Source: Candidatus Binatia bacterium
Lineage (GTDB): Bacteria > Desulfobacterota > Binatia > DP-6
Assembly: GCA_041496545.1 (NCBI GenBank)
Contig: JBGQET010000008.1
Span: 7,543-71,542 of the forward strand
Direction of reading: 5' to 3'
DNA length: 64,000 bases
The notes under the pieces were generated by a model that was not told where the DNA came from, searched no databases, and was given only the letters and a program-made list of their open reading frames with translations. A program made the position numbers and the translations under genes. Below, in pieces: positions 46,655 through 54,805 of the stretch; position 1 is the stretch's first letter, and every line of letters begins with the position of its first letter.

Positions 46655-46952
46655 GCCTACGTCCGCGTCACCTGCGGCACGTGCGCCCCGGGAACGACGT
46701 ACGCGTCGGCCGACAGCGGCAAGTTCTTCATCATGTCGAGTGGGCCGTCGAATCGGGCGGCTTCGAAGCCAGCGGCGACATGACCCCCAACCCCCTTCCG
46801 ACGACGACGGCGTGCGTGCGCTTCGAGCAGCCCGGGACGACCGAGCTCGACTGGAGCGACGCGACCTTCTCGATCGTGCCACAGGGTCGGACGCCGGTGG
46901 AGGTGGTGAGTGAGGCGTTGACGCCGCGTCCGCCGCGGCGCTAAGCCGCGGC

Positions 46953-47753
46953 ATGGCCTACACGCTCATCACCGCCGAGCGCCGCGACGCGGTCGCGCTC
47001 ATCACCCTCAACCGTCCCGAGCGCTTGAACGCCTGGATGCCGGCGATGGCCGTCGAGCAGGCGGCGGCGATCGAGGAGGCGAACGCCGACCCGGCGGTCG
47101 GCGCCATCGTCATGACCGGCGCGGGGCGCGGCTTCTGCGCCGGCGCCGACATGGAGGCGACCTTCAAGTCGCGCATCGAGGGCGTCGACCCGGGCGAGAA
47201 CACCGCCGGCGGCTCGGGCGGCATGCCCGCGAGCCTCGACTGGGTGGGGCTCCTGCGGCGCTCGAAGCCGCTGGTCGCGGCGGTGAACGGCGCCGCGGTC
47301 GGCATCGGCATGACGATGATCCTGCCCTTCGACGTCATCCTCGCTTCGGAGAAGGCGCGCTTCGGGATGCTCTTCATCAAGGTGGGGCTCGTCCCCGAGC
47401 TGGCGAGCACGCACTTCCTGGTGCAGCGGATCGGTTTCGGGCACGCCAGCGAGATGTGTCTCTCGGGAAAGCTCTACGGCGCCGCGGAAGCGCACGCGTG
47501 GGGTCTCGCCGACCGCGTCTTCCCGCCCGACGACCTCGTGCCGCAAGCGCTCGCGCTGGCCGCCGAGATGGCGCAGAACCCCGACCCGCAGCTCCGCATG
47601 ATCAAGGAGCTGCTGTCGCGCAACGGGACGTCGACGGATCTGGGCGCCGTGCAGCGGCTGGAGACCGAGATGCTGGTACGCTGCTGGGCGTCGGCGGAGC
47701 ACCGCGAGGCGGTCGCCGCCTTCCTCGAAAAGCGCGCGCCGCGTTTTCGCTGA
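46953..47753 (+). CDS. enoyl-CoA hydratase/isomerase (crotonase) family protein
   Basis: ITLNRPERLNAW, TGAGRGFCAGADM and AAVNGAAVGIGMTM are present. Confidence 0.92.
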   Translation: MAYTLITAERRDAVALITLNRPERLNAWMPAMAVEQAAAIEEANADPAVGAIVMTGAGRGFCAGADMEATFKSRIEGVDPGENTAGGSGGMPASLDWVGLLRRSKPLVAAVNGAAVGIGMTMILPFDVILASEKARFGMLFIKVGLVPELASTHFLVQRIGFGHASEMCLSGKLYGAAEAHAWGLADRVFPPDDLVPQALALAAEMAQNPDPQLRMIKELLSRNGTSTDLGAVQRLETEMLVRCWASAEHREAVAAFLEKRAPRFR

Positions 47754-47980
47754 GGCGCGCGTGGGCCGCCGGCGAGGGCCGACGTCGCGAGCCGTTTGGG
47801 CGTGGTCGCCTAAACCCCGCATGCTTTCGTGCGTAGGGTAAAAGACCTCCCGAGCTCGGCGCGCGGCTCTACCGGGCTCCAATGCGTCCGCCCACCTTGC
47901 TAGGCGCGCTTGACGATTGGGCGCAGTCAGCTAAGTCGGCTCGTTTTCCATTGTCCAAACCGAAGGCGCGACGGGTTCAC

Positions 47981-48027
47981 TTGACAGCCGGCAAGCGTTG
48001 GGTAAGATTTAGTCTTACCGAGTAAGA
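47981..48027 (+). promoter_or_regulatory. sigma-70-like promoter with overlapping inverted-repeat operator of the TA operon
   Basis: TTGACA (47981-86), a 16-nt spacer, then TAAGAT (48003-08). A perfect inverted repeat GGTAAGA / TCTTACC lies at 48001-07 and 48013-19, with a third half-site GTAAGA at 48022-27. The antitoxin ATG is at 48031. Confidence 0.5.
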
Positions 48028-48030
48028 ACC

Positions 48031-48366
48031 ATGCCACGCGAAACCAAAACCGTAACGATCTCCCTCCCGCCCGACATGGCCAAGGAGGTCGAGCACGTCC
48101 GAAAGGCCGAACACCGCACGAGCTCCGAGCTTTGGCGCGAGGCGATGCGCGACTACCTGCGCGCGCGGACTCTCCCTGCCTACGTTCCTACCCGCGCCGA
48201 GCTCCGTGCTATAGAGCGGGGTCGCGCCGCCATTCGACGCGGCGACTACTACACCCTCGATGAGTTCCGTACCCACCTCTTGGGAGCTCCGCGTCCACAA
48301 GCCAGCTCGAAAAAGTCTGGCCTACGCGCCACGTCCCGAACGCGAAAGACTCGTCGCCGCTCTTGA
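48031..48366 (+). CDS. ribbon-helix-helix (CopG/RelB-like) antitoxin
   Basis: KTVTISLPPDMAKEVEHVRKAEHRTSSELWREAMRDYL is RHH-like. The ORF runs 107 nt past the toxin start, giving a K/R/S-rich tail. Confidence 0.75.
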   Translation: MPRETKTVTISLPPDMAKEVEHVRKAEHRTSSELWREAMRDYLRARTLPAYVPTRAELRAIERGRAAIRRGDYYTLDEFRTHLLGAPRPQASSKKSGLRATSRTRKTRRRS

Positions 48367-48541
48367 GGCGATGACCGTGGACCCCTTCGCCGGGGACGTC
48401 CAACCCTCGAAGGGCCACCCCGTCGCCTTCCGTCGTCGCGTGGGTAACTGGCGCATCTTCTTCGAGGCCGACCGCGCCCACCGCGTAGTCGAAATCACTG
48501 ACATCGTGCGGCGTACCTCAACCACCTACCGCAAACGTTAG
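48260..48541 (+). CDS. RelE/ParE-family type II toxin
   Basis: WELRVHKPARKSLAYAPRPERERLVAALEAMTVDPFAGDV...FRRRVGNWRIFFEADRAHRVVEITDIVRR matches the RelE/ParE pattern. Confidence 0.8.
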   Translation: MSSVPTSWELRVHKPARKSLAYAPRPERERLVAALEAMTVDPFAGDVQPSKGHPVAFRRRVGNWRIFFEADRAHRVVEITDIVRRTSTTYRKR

Positions 48542-48580
48542 GGGGCGCAAACCCGCATCCTTCCGCTCCTTTGAAATCAA

Positions 48581-48961
48581 ATGCTGCGGGTTGAGAATCG
48601 GGAGGTCATCCGCTCGTGGTTGGTCGCCAATGAAGGGCTACCCAACGGCACGCCCTTCTCTCGAGACCACTTCGAGCAGTTGCTTTCGAGCATCAAGCAG
48701 CAGATACGCAAGCTCTCAGACCAGGAGCTCGAAGTGAATGTTGAAGCGAAGGCGCGCAGCGACCCGGAGGGCTCTCGGCGCCTGCTGACGTGGCGATGGA
48801 CGAGGTGTGTCATCTCCCTCAAAGATTTCGGCCCATGGCGAACCGTTGGAGACGCGCTGCCACTTGCGGCATGCAGAGACTCCGCCGTGGAAGCCGCTCG
48901 TTTCATCTCACGTTTTCCCGAGCTGCCTCCCGAGCTAACGGCTCCCGATGCCTGGAGTTGA
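48581..48961 (+). CDS. hypothetical protein in the low-GC islet
   Basis: A 126-aa ORF with balanced composition. The antisense alternative (48577..49005) is Ser-rich and looks less protein-like. No family recognised. Confidence 0.4.
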   Translation: MLRVENREVIRSWLVANEGLPNGTPFSRDHFEQLLSSIKQQIRKLSDQELEVNVEAKARSDPEGSRRLLTWRWTRCVISLKDFGPWRTVGDALPLAACRDSAVEAARFISRFPELPPELTAPDAWS

Positions 48962-49050
48962 CCCGTTCTCGTAGACACCAACCCCCTTTCGGGGAAAGAC
49001 CTCAATCGCGACCCTGGCCCCGGGCGTCGCGTCGGTCCCCGGCGACTTCG

Positions 49051-50043
49051 CTAGCGTTCGTCGAGCAGGACGCGGCGGGCGCTTCGTTCCGTGAGGTCGG
49101 CGATGAAGTCGCCGTGGTACGCCGGGCGCGCCTCGGTGAAGACCACGACCACCATCTCCCGCCCCGAGGCGACGTGACGCACGATGCCGGCGTCGGCGTA
49201 GATCGGGCCCCAGGTGCCGCTCTTGGCGTAGACTTCGAGGCCGCCGACGCGGGTCGCGCCGCCCGCCAGACGGTGCACGAGGTGCCGCTGCTCGTGCGGG
49301 TCGCGCCGCATGCGGCGGCGGACGGTCGCGGAATCCTCGGGCGTGAGCGCGCGGTCCGTCGCCAGCAGCGCCAGCAGCTTGGCGGTGCCGATCGCGGTCA
49401 TCGCCTGGCGGTTCGGGAGCTCGCCGCTGCGCGAGGGGAGGCCGCCCGGGATCGAATGGTCGCGGAGGAACTGCTCGTCGCGCCCGGCGAGGTCGCCGGT
49501 GCCGTCGTAGGTGGGAGCGACGCAGTGGAGGTCGGTGATGCCGAGCGTCTGGAGCCAGCGCAGCACGCCGAGCCGGCGCTCGCGGAAGGCGGCGTAGGCG
49601 TCGGGCGGCAGCACCGGGCCGGACTCGGTGCCGGTCAGGCGAGCGAAGACCCGCTGCGTCGCCTGGTTGCTGCTCTCGCGGATCATGTGCGTGAGCTGGT
49701 CGTCGAGGGCGTCGTCGATGCGCAGCCGGCCCTCCTCCTGGAACGCATAGGCCGCCATCAGGTACACGAACTTGACGACGCTCGCCGGGTAGATCGGCGC
49801 CTCGCCGTGATGGTCGGCGAGGCGCGGCGGCTCGCCGCGGGCGAGGTCGAGGACGGCGACGCGGATCGCCGTCTGGCGAAGGTTGGAATCGGCGGCGACG
49901 GCGCGCTCGATCGCCGCGTCGAGGAACGTCTGCAGCTCCGGCGACGGCCGGATCGTCGCCAGCCAATCGCGGGCGCCGGCGGGTGGCGGCGCCGCGCCGG
50001 CGGTGGCGCAGAGCAGGGGGATCAGCAGGACGAGGGGCCACAT
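49051..50043 (-). CDS. class-A beta-lactamase-fold serine hydrolase, secreted
   Basis: Signal peptide MWPLVLLIPLLCATAGA, with SVVK (SxxK), SSN (SxN) and KSG (KTG-like). An alternative TTG start lies at 50073. Confidence 0.8.
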   Translation of the reverse strand: MWPLVLLIPLLCATAGAAPPPAGARDWLATIRPSPELQTFLDAAIERAVAADSNLRQTAIRVAVLDLARGEPPRLADHHGEAPIYPASVVKFVYLMAAYAFQEEGRLRIDDALDDQLTHMIRESSNQATQRVFARLTGTESGPVLPPDAYAAFRERRLGVLRWLQTLGITDLHCVAPTYDGTGDLAGRDEQFLRDHSIPGGLPSRSGELPNRQAMTAIGTAKLLALLATDRALTPEDSATVRRRMRRDPHEQRHLVHRLAGGATRVGGLEVYAKSGTWGPIYADAGIVRHVASGREMVVVVFTEARPAYHGDFIADLTERSARRVLLDER

Positions 50044-50138
50044 CCGCGCACGATAGCGGTTTCCGCGCGGCAATTCTCCTGCCCCCCGATTTAGGCTAAA
50101 GGAGTCGCGCCTCGGTGGGAGGCGAAGGAGGACACCCG

Positions 50139-53100
50139 GTGCGGCACAGGTGGATGGTGGTGGTGACCTGCGCGCTCGTCGCGCTGGCTGGCGTCGCGCG
50201 GCCGGCGCGGGCGCTGCGTGCGCTCGACCTGACGCCGCAGCAGGAGAAGCAACTGCGCGCGAACTTCCTGCTCTGCCTCGCGAAGCTGAAGGGCCCCTAC
50301 ACCGAGAACTACTGCGTCTGTCGCAACGGCGAGAAGCTCTCGGTGACCGGGCCGGACGGCAACGTGCGGAGCCCCTGCGGCACCAATGAGCTCTTCTGCG
50401 CGGCCTACCGCGCGCCCTGGGCCGACGCGCTCGCGCACGAGCGGATGTACATCGCGAACATCTTCTCCCGCGACCTCTACGAGTGGGACAAGTTCTCCGA
50501 TCACCACGACCTGGTGCGGGGCTACATCCTCGAGAAGTACTTCGTCGAGACCAACCCGACGCACAAGCTGGCGGAGCTGCGCGCGTACGGCGGGCTCTCG
50601 GGCTCGGAGTACGAGACGGGCGCCTCGGCGACCTTCTTCGAGCGCTACCTGGCGTCGCCCGAGTTCGACGACGCCAGGCACTTCCTCCTCGCCTACGAGA
50701 TCCAGAAGCGCTTCTTCGTGCGCCAGGACCTCGGCCAGATCCAGAAGGTCCGCGCCATGGCGGTGCGGGTGCAGAACGCCAACGCCAAGTTCAAGCCGCT
50801 GCGCGACGCCGTCCACAACCAGATCTCCGCCAGCCTCCTGCCGCAGCTCACCGCCTTCCGGAACGGGCTCTCGGCGGGCGAGACGCGCTCCGAGGTCGAC
50901 GACATCATCAGCGAGGTCACGAAGCTCACGCAGCTCGACGAGGGCGCGCTCCAGACCCAGGTCACCGCGCTCCAGGACGCGGCGCTGCGTGCCAAGGTCG
51001 GGGCGCTGGTGCCGGCCGCCAACGCCGACCCGGTCGACGCCGTCGTGTCGCTCGCGAACCTGATGGTGACGGCGCGCCAGACCGTCGCCGGGCGCAAGGC
51101 GTCGCCCGGCGACGCGCGCAAGCTGGTCGACCTGGACATCACCGCCGCCGCGGTCCTCCAGCGTCGCGGCAACGCGCTCCTCGACTCCAACCCCGCGCTG
51201 ACCGCGAAGCAGTACGTGCGGCTCCTGACCGCGCTCACCGACGGCGCCTACGGCGCGGGGCTCCTGACGCCGCGCGAGCGCGAGTCGGCCGGCGCGACGC
51301 TCCGCGACCTGGCCGACACCGCGAAGCGGCCGCGCGCCGAGCTCACGGCGCGGCTCAAGGCGGCCGAGCGCGTCGTCGAGTGGGCGCAGGCCAACGCGCT
51401 CATCGGCTTCGCCGAGGTGTGGGCGCCGTGGAACCTGCTCCTGCCGCAGGTCGCCTCGATCGGCGACGACATCCTGCGCGGCTCGCCGCTCCTCCTCTAC
51501 GCCCGGGTCGCACGCCGGCTGGACGACTTCGCCGCCGGCAAGGCCCGCATCCGGCACGATCTCTTCGGCGCGGAGCTGGACACCGACGTGCGCGCGCTCA
51601 ACCCCGGGCTCGCGGTCGGCAGGCTCCGCGTCGCGCCCAAGGAAGGCGCGTTCTCCCGCGACGACGTCGTCGCGCTGCCCGACACGCCCGCCGACCTCGA
51701 GCCCACGGCCGGCATCTTGACGCAGGGCGAGGGCAACGTGCTCTCGCACGTGCAGCTGCTGGCGCGCGCGCTCGGCATCCCGAACGTCGTGGTCGGTCCG
51801 GGGGCCTACGTCAAGGTGAAGCCGCACGACGGCGAGCAGGTCTTCTACATCGTCACCCCGGGCGGGCGCGTGATCCTGAAGGACGTGGCGGCGATGACCG
51901 CCGAGGAGCGCGCCGTCTACGAGGAGTACACGCGCAACCAGAAGCGCAGCGCCGACGGGAGCCTCGAGGGCGGGGCGAGCAAGCTCCACATCGACAAAGC
52001 CCGCATCGACGTGGCCGGCAAGGCGCCGCGCGACCTGGTGACCGTCCGCCGGGCCGACTCGGGCCGGACGTGCGGGCCGAAGGCCGCCTTCCTCGGCGAG
52101 CTGAAGCACCTCTTTCCCGACCACGTCGCGCGCGGCGTCGTGGTGCCGTTCGGCGCCTACTACGACCACTACCAGCACGCCCCGGTCGCCGTCCCCCTGA
52201 AGTACAAGGCGCTCGGCCTGGCCAAGCCCGACGAGCTGCTGCCCGTCTTCGTCGAGCGCACCTACCACGAGTTCTTCGACGTCATGATCCCGGCCAAGAA
52301 GAGCGAGAAGGAGCTGTCGGGCTGGATCACGACGCGCCTGGAGGTGATCCGCGACTCGATCCAGCAAGCGCCGCTCGCGCCCGAGCTGAAACGGGGCATC
52401 CGCGACGAGCTCGACAAGGTCGGGCTCCTCACCGGCCCCAACAAGACCGACACCGTCGGCTGCTTCGTGCGCAGCGACACCAACGTCGAGGACCTCGACA
52501 ACTTCAACGGCGCCGGCTTGAACCTGACGGTCTTCAACCGCAAGTCGCTCGACGACATCTACGAGAGCCTGAAGGAGGTGTGGGCGTCGCCGTTCGAGTT
52601 CCGGTCGTTCTCGTGGCGTCAGACGCTGATCGACGAGCCGCTCTGGGTGCTGCCCTCGGTCGTGATCCTCGAGTCGGTCCCGAACGAGAAGTCCGGCGTC
52701 CTCGTCACCGCGGACATCGACACGGGCGACCTCCACAAGATGGTGGTGGCGACCTCGGAAGGCGTCGGCGGGGCGGTGGACGGCACCTCGGCGGAGACGC
52801 TCCTCTGGTCGCCCGACAAGGTCGAGCTGCTGACGCTCTTCAAGTCGCCGTGGCGGCGCACGCTCCTCCCCGGCGGCGGCAGCGAGATCGTCGCCGCGTC
52901 GGGCAAGGACCACGTGCTCGAGCCCGACGAGCTGAAGCAGATCATCGACGCGGGCAAGAAGATCGGGGAGAGCCTCGAGCCGTCGCGCGACCCGGCCGGG
53001 CGCCCGCGGCCGTGGGACATCGAGTTCGGCTTCCGCGGCGGCAAGCTCTGGCTCTTCCAGTGCCGTCCGTTCTGCGGCAACGACGCCTTGAAGAACGTCC

Positions 53101-53174
53101 CCGCGCTCGCCGCGCTCGAGGTCCAGAGTGGGGACGCCAAGGAAGAGGTTTCACTCGACGAGGTGATCCGGTGA
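50139..53174 (+). CDS. signal-peptide-bearing PEP-utilising-type phosphotransferase (Cys-rich N-domain, swivel phosphohistidine domain, PPDK_N ATP-grasp domain)
   Basis: GAAGGAGGA lies 7 nt upstream of GTG 50139 (the ORF opens at 50115). The signal peptide is RHRWMVVVTCALVALAGVARPARA, and the next ~60 aa contain 6 Cys. The swivel motif is TQGEGNVLSHVQLLARALGIPNVVVG. PPDK_N motifs are CGPKAAFLGEL, VRSDTNVEDLDNFNGAGLNLTV, EVWASPF and EKSGVLVTAD. Confidence 0.85.
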   Translation: MRHRWMVVVTCALVALAGVARPARALRALDLTPQQEKQLRANFLLCLAKLKGPYTENYCVCRNGEKLSVTGPDGNVRSPCGTNELFCAAYRAPWADALAHERMYIANIFSRDLYEWDKFSDHHDLVRGYILEKYFVETNPTHKLAELRAYGGLSGSEYETGASATFFERYLASPEFDDARHFLLAYEIQKRFFVRQDLGQIQKVRAMAVRVQNANAKFKPLRDAVHNQISASLLPQLTAFRNGLSAGETRSEVDDIISEVTKLTQLDEGALQTQVTALQDAALRAKVGALVPAANADPVDAVVSLANLMVTARQTVAGRKASPGDARKLVDLDITAAAVLQRRGNALLDSNPALTAKQYVRLLTALTDGAYGAGLLTPRERESAGATLRDLADTAKRPRAELTARLKAAERVVEWAQANALIGFAEVWAPWNLLLPQVASIGDDILRGSPLLLYARVARRLDDFAAGKARIRHDLFGAELDTDVRALNPGLAVGRLRVAPKEGAFSRDDVVALPDTPADLEPTAGILTQGEGNVLSHVQLLARALGIPNVVVGPGAYVKVKPHDGEQVFYIVTPGGRVILKDVAAMTAEERAVYEEYTRNQKRSADGSLEGGASKLHIDKARIDVAGKAPRDLVTVRRADSGRTCGPKAAFLGELKHLFPDHVARGVVVPFGAYYDHYQHAPVAVPLKYKALGLAKPDELLPVFVERTYHEFFDVMIPAKKSEKELSGWITTRLEVIRDSIQQAPLAPELKRGIRDELDKVGLLTGPNKTDTVGCFVRSDTNVEDLDNFNGAGLNLTVFNRKSLDDIYESLKEVWASPFEFRSFSWRQTLIDEPLWVLPSVVILESVPNEKSGVLVTADIDTGDLHKMVVATSEGVGGAVDGTSAETLLWSPDKVELLTLFKSPWRRTLLPGGGSEIVAASGKDHVLEPDELKQIIDAGKKIGESLEPSRDPAGRPRPWDIEFGFRGGKLWLFQCRPFCGNDALKNVPALAALEVQSGDAKEEVSLDEVIR

Positions 53175-54805
53175 AGGCTCTGCTGGCGGTCCTCGCCCTG
53201 GCGCTCGCCGTTTCACCGGCGCGCGCCGCGCTCGACGCGACCGACACCACGTGGGACGGCAGCGAGCCGCCGAAGGGCGTCTACTTCTACTGGTACGAGC
53301 CGTCCTTCTACACCGGCTTCGCGCCGCGGACGCAGGAGCCCGAGCGCCTCCACATCCAGCTCTCCCGCGGCCAGCAGGTGCGCGTCACGCTCGTCCTCGG
53401 CGAGCGGCAGCTCGACGCCTACCTCGACGACCTGGTCGCGCGCCGCCAGGTCTACCAGGAGCTGATCGACGGCAAGATCATCGAGCTGACGACCAACAAG
53501 GAGTACGAGCGCTTCACGGCCAAGCTCGACGAGGTGGGCGTCGCGGAAGCGGCGAAGAGCCGCGCGACCCTCGGCCCCGACGCCTACCGGCTGAAGAGCC
53601 TCGATGTCATGACGAAGCTCAACCCCGAGCGCGTCTTCCGCATCGGCATCTCGCTCGATCGCCTGCTCGCGAGCTGGCACGCGCGGCTCGCCGGACTCGG
53701 CCCCGACGACCTCGGCTCGGCCGCCAAGAAGCTCGACGCCGCCAACGCGCTCGTCCCCGGCCGCGTGAACCTCTACGAGCTGGGCCCGGAGCTGGACGCC
53801 TCGCTCGCCAAGGCGGTCGAGCTGGCGCACGCCGGGAAGCCCGACGCGCCCGCCTTCCGCGACCAGGCCACGGCCTTCCTCGAGCGCGCCACGGGCGGGC
53901 GCTACCGCTTGCACGACAAGGCGGTCGAGGCGGTCGAGTTCACCACCATCTATCCCGCGGGCACGGTCGACGCGACGACGACCTACAAGGGCGAGAAGCT
54001 CCCCGACTTCGGCGTCACCGGCGTCTGGTCGCTCACCCGGCGGACGCACGGGCAGGGCATCCTCGGCATGGTGGACTACCTCTCTCCCAACCCCGGCTAC
54101 GGCTTCATCAGCATGCTGCCGTACCAGTACGCCGGCGGCATCACCTACAACGCCTTCCACAACGCCGGCGTGCGCTGCGGCCTCGGCGAGACGCCCTTTC
54201 TCCCCAGCGCGTGGCGCCGCGTGATGAGCGAGCGCGACCCGAAGAAGGCCTATCAGAACCTGTGGATCATCAGCCGCGGCCCCACCTCGCACGGCTGCAC
54301 GCGGCTCGCCTCGGGGCACATGAGCGAGCTGCGCCAGATCGTGCCCACGGACTCCGAGGTGCTGGAGCACGTGGCGACGTTCCGCAACCTGCCGGGATGC
54401 TACGACGCCTTCGACATCGACGGCGACGGCAAAGCGGAGGTGATGGGCGTGCAGTACTACCTCGCCTTCAAGAGCCACGAGCACACGCCGGTGAAGTCGT
54501 ACGCGTCGAACCACCGCGAGCCGTTCTACCGCTGGCTCTACGGCACCAACGTCAACTACGGCGAGGTCGGCCACGTGACGCTGAAGGAGGTCCCGGTCTG
54601 CCGTTTCGTCGGCAAGAAGGCGGAGGAGGCCGAGGTGCTGCGCGACATGCCGCTCTACGAGGCGAAGTTCGCCCCCGAGCCGATCCAGTTCTACCGCACG
54701 AAGCCGGCGCCGTTCGACAGCGACCGCGGCTTCGAGTTCAACCGCGAGCTGCGCAAGGTCGGCCACGGCCACACCCTCGACCGCGCGAGGCTCTTCCTCA
54801 AATGA
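53171..54805 (+). CDS. secreted protein with divergent L,D-transpeptidase-like catalytic motif (paralog 1)
   Basis: The GTG start overlaps the upstream stop as GTGA, and a signal peptide is present. The motif is SRGPTSHGCTRL, with the Cys codon at 54296-98. The N-terminal block is YEPSFYTGFAPRT. Confidence 0.75.
   Translation: MKALLAVLALALAVSPARAALDATDTTWDGSEPPKGVYFYWYEPSFYTGFAPRTQEPERLHIQLSRGQQVRVTLVLGERQLDAYLDDLVARRQVYQELIDGKIIELTTNKEYERFTAKLDEVGVAEAAKSRATLGPDAYRLKSLDVMTKLNPERVFRIGISLDRLLASWHARLAGLGPDDLGSAAKKLDAANALVPGRVNLYELGPELDASLAKAVELAHAGKPDAPAFRDQATAFLERATGGRYRLHDKAVEAVEFTTIYPAGTVDATTTYKGEKLPDFGVTGVWSLTRRTHGQGILGMVDYLSPNPGYGFISMLPYQYAGGITYNAFHNAGVRCGLGETPFLPSAWRRVMSERDPKKAYQNLWIISRGPTSHGCTRLASGHMSELRQIVPTDSEVLEHVATFRNLPGCYDAFDIDGDGKAEVMGVQYYLAFKSHEHTPVKSYASNHREPFYRWLYGTNVNYGEVGHVTLKEVPVCRFVGKKAEEAEVLRDMPLYEAKFAPEPIQFYRTKPAPFDSDRGFEFNRELRKVGHGHTLDRARLFLK

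Noticed and set aside
46655-46952. A small ORF (ATG 46779, 54 aa, MTPNPLPTTTACVRFEQPGTTELDWSDATFSIVP...) in the spacer before the crotonase gene
   Set aside because: It has plausible composition, but it is below the size where I can separate coding from chance at this GC level. It has no RBS or recognisable motif, so I left it unannotated.
47754-48030. A tRNA, integrase or IS element as the insertion target or vehicle for the TA islet, and any CRISPR array in the window
   Set aside because: I could not see a cloverleaf-capable sequence, a recombinase ORF, terminal inverted repeats or a regularly spaced repeat array anywhere in the window.
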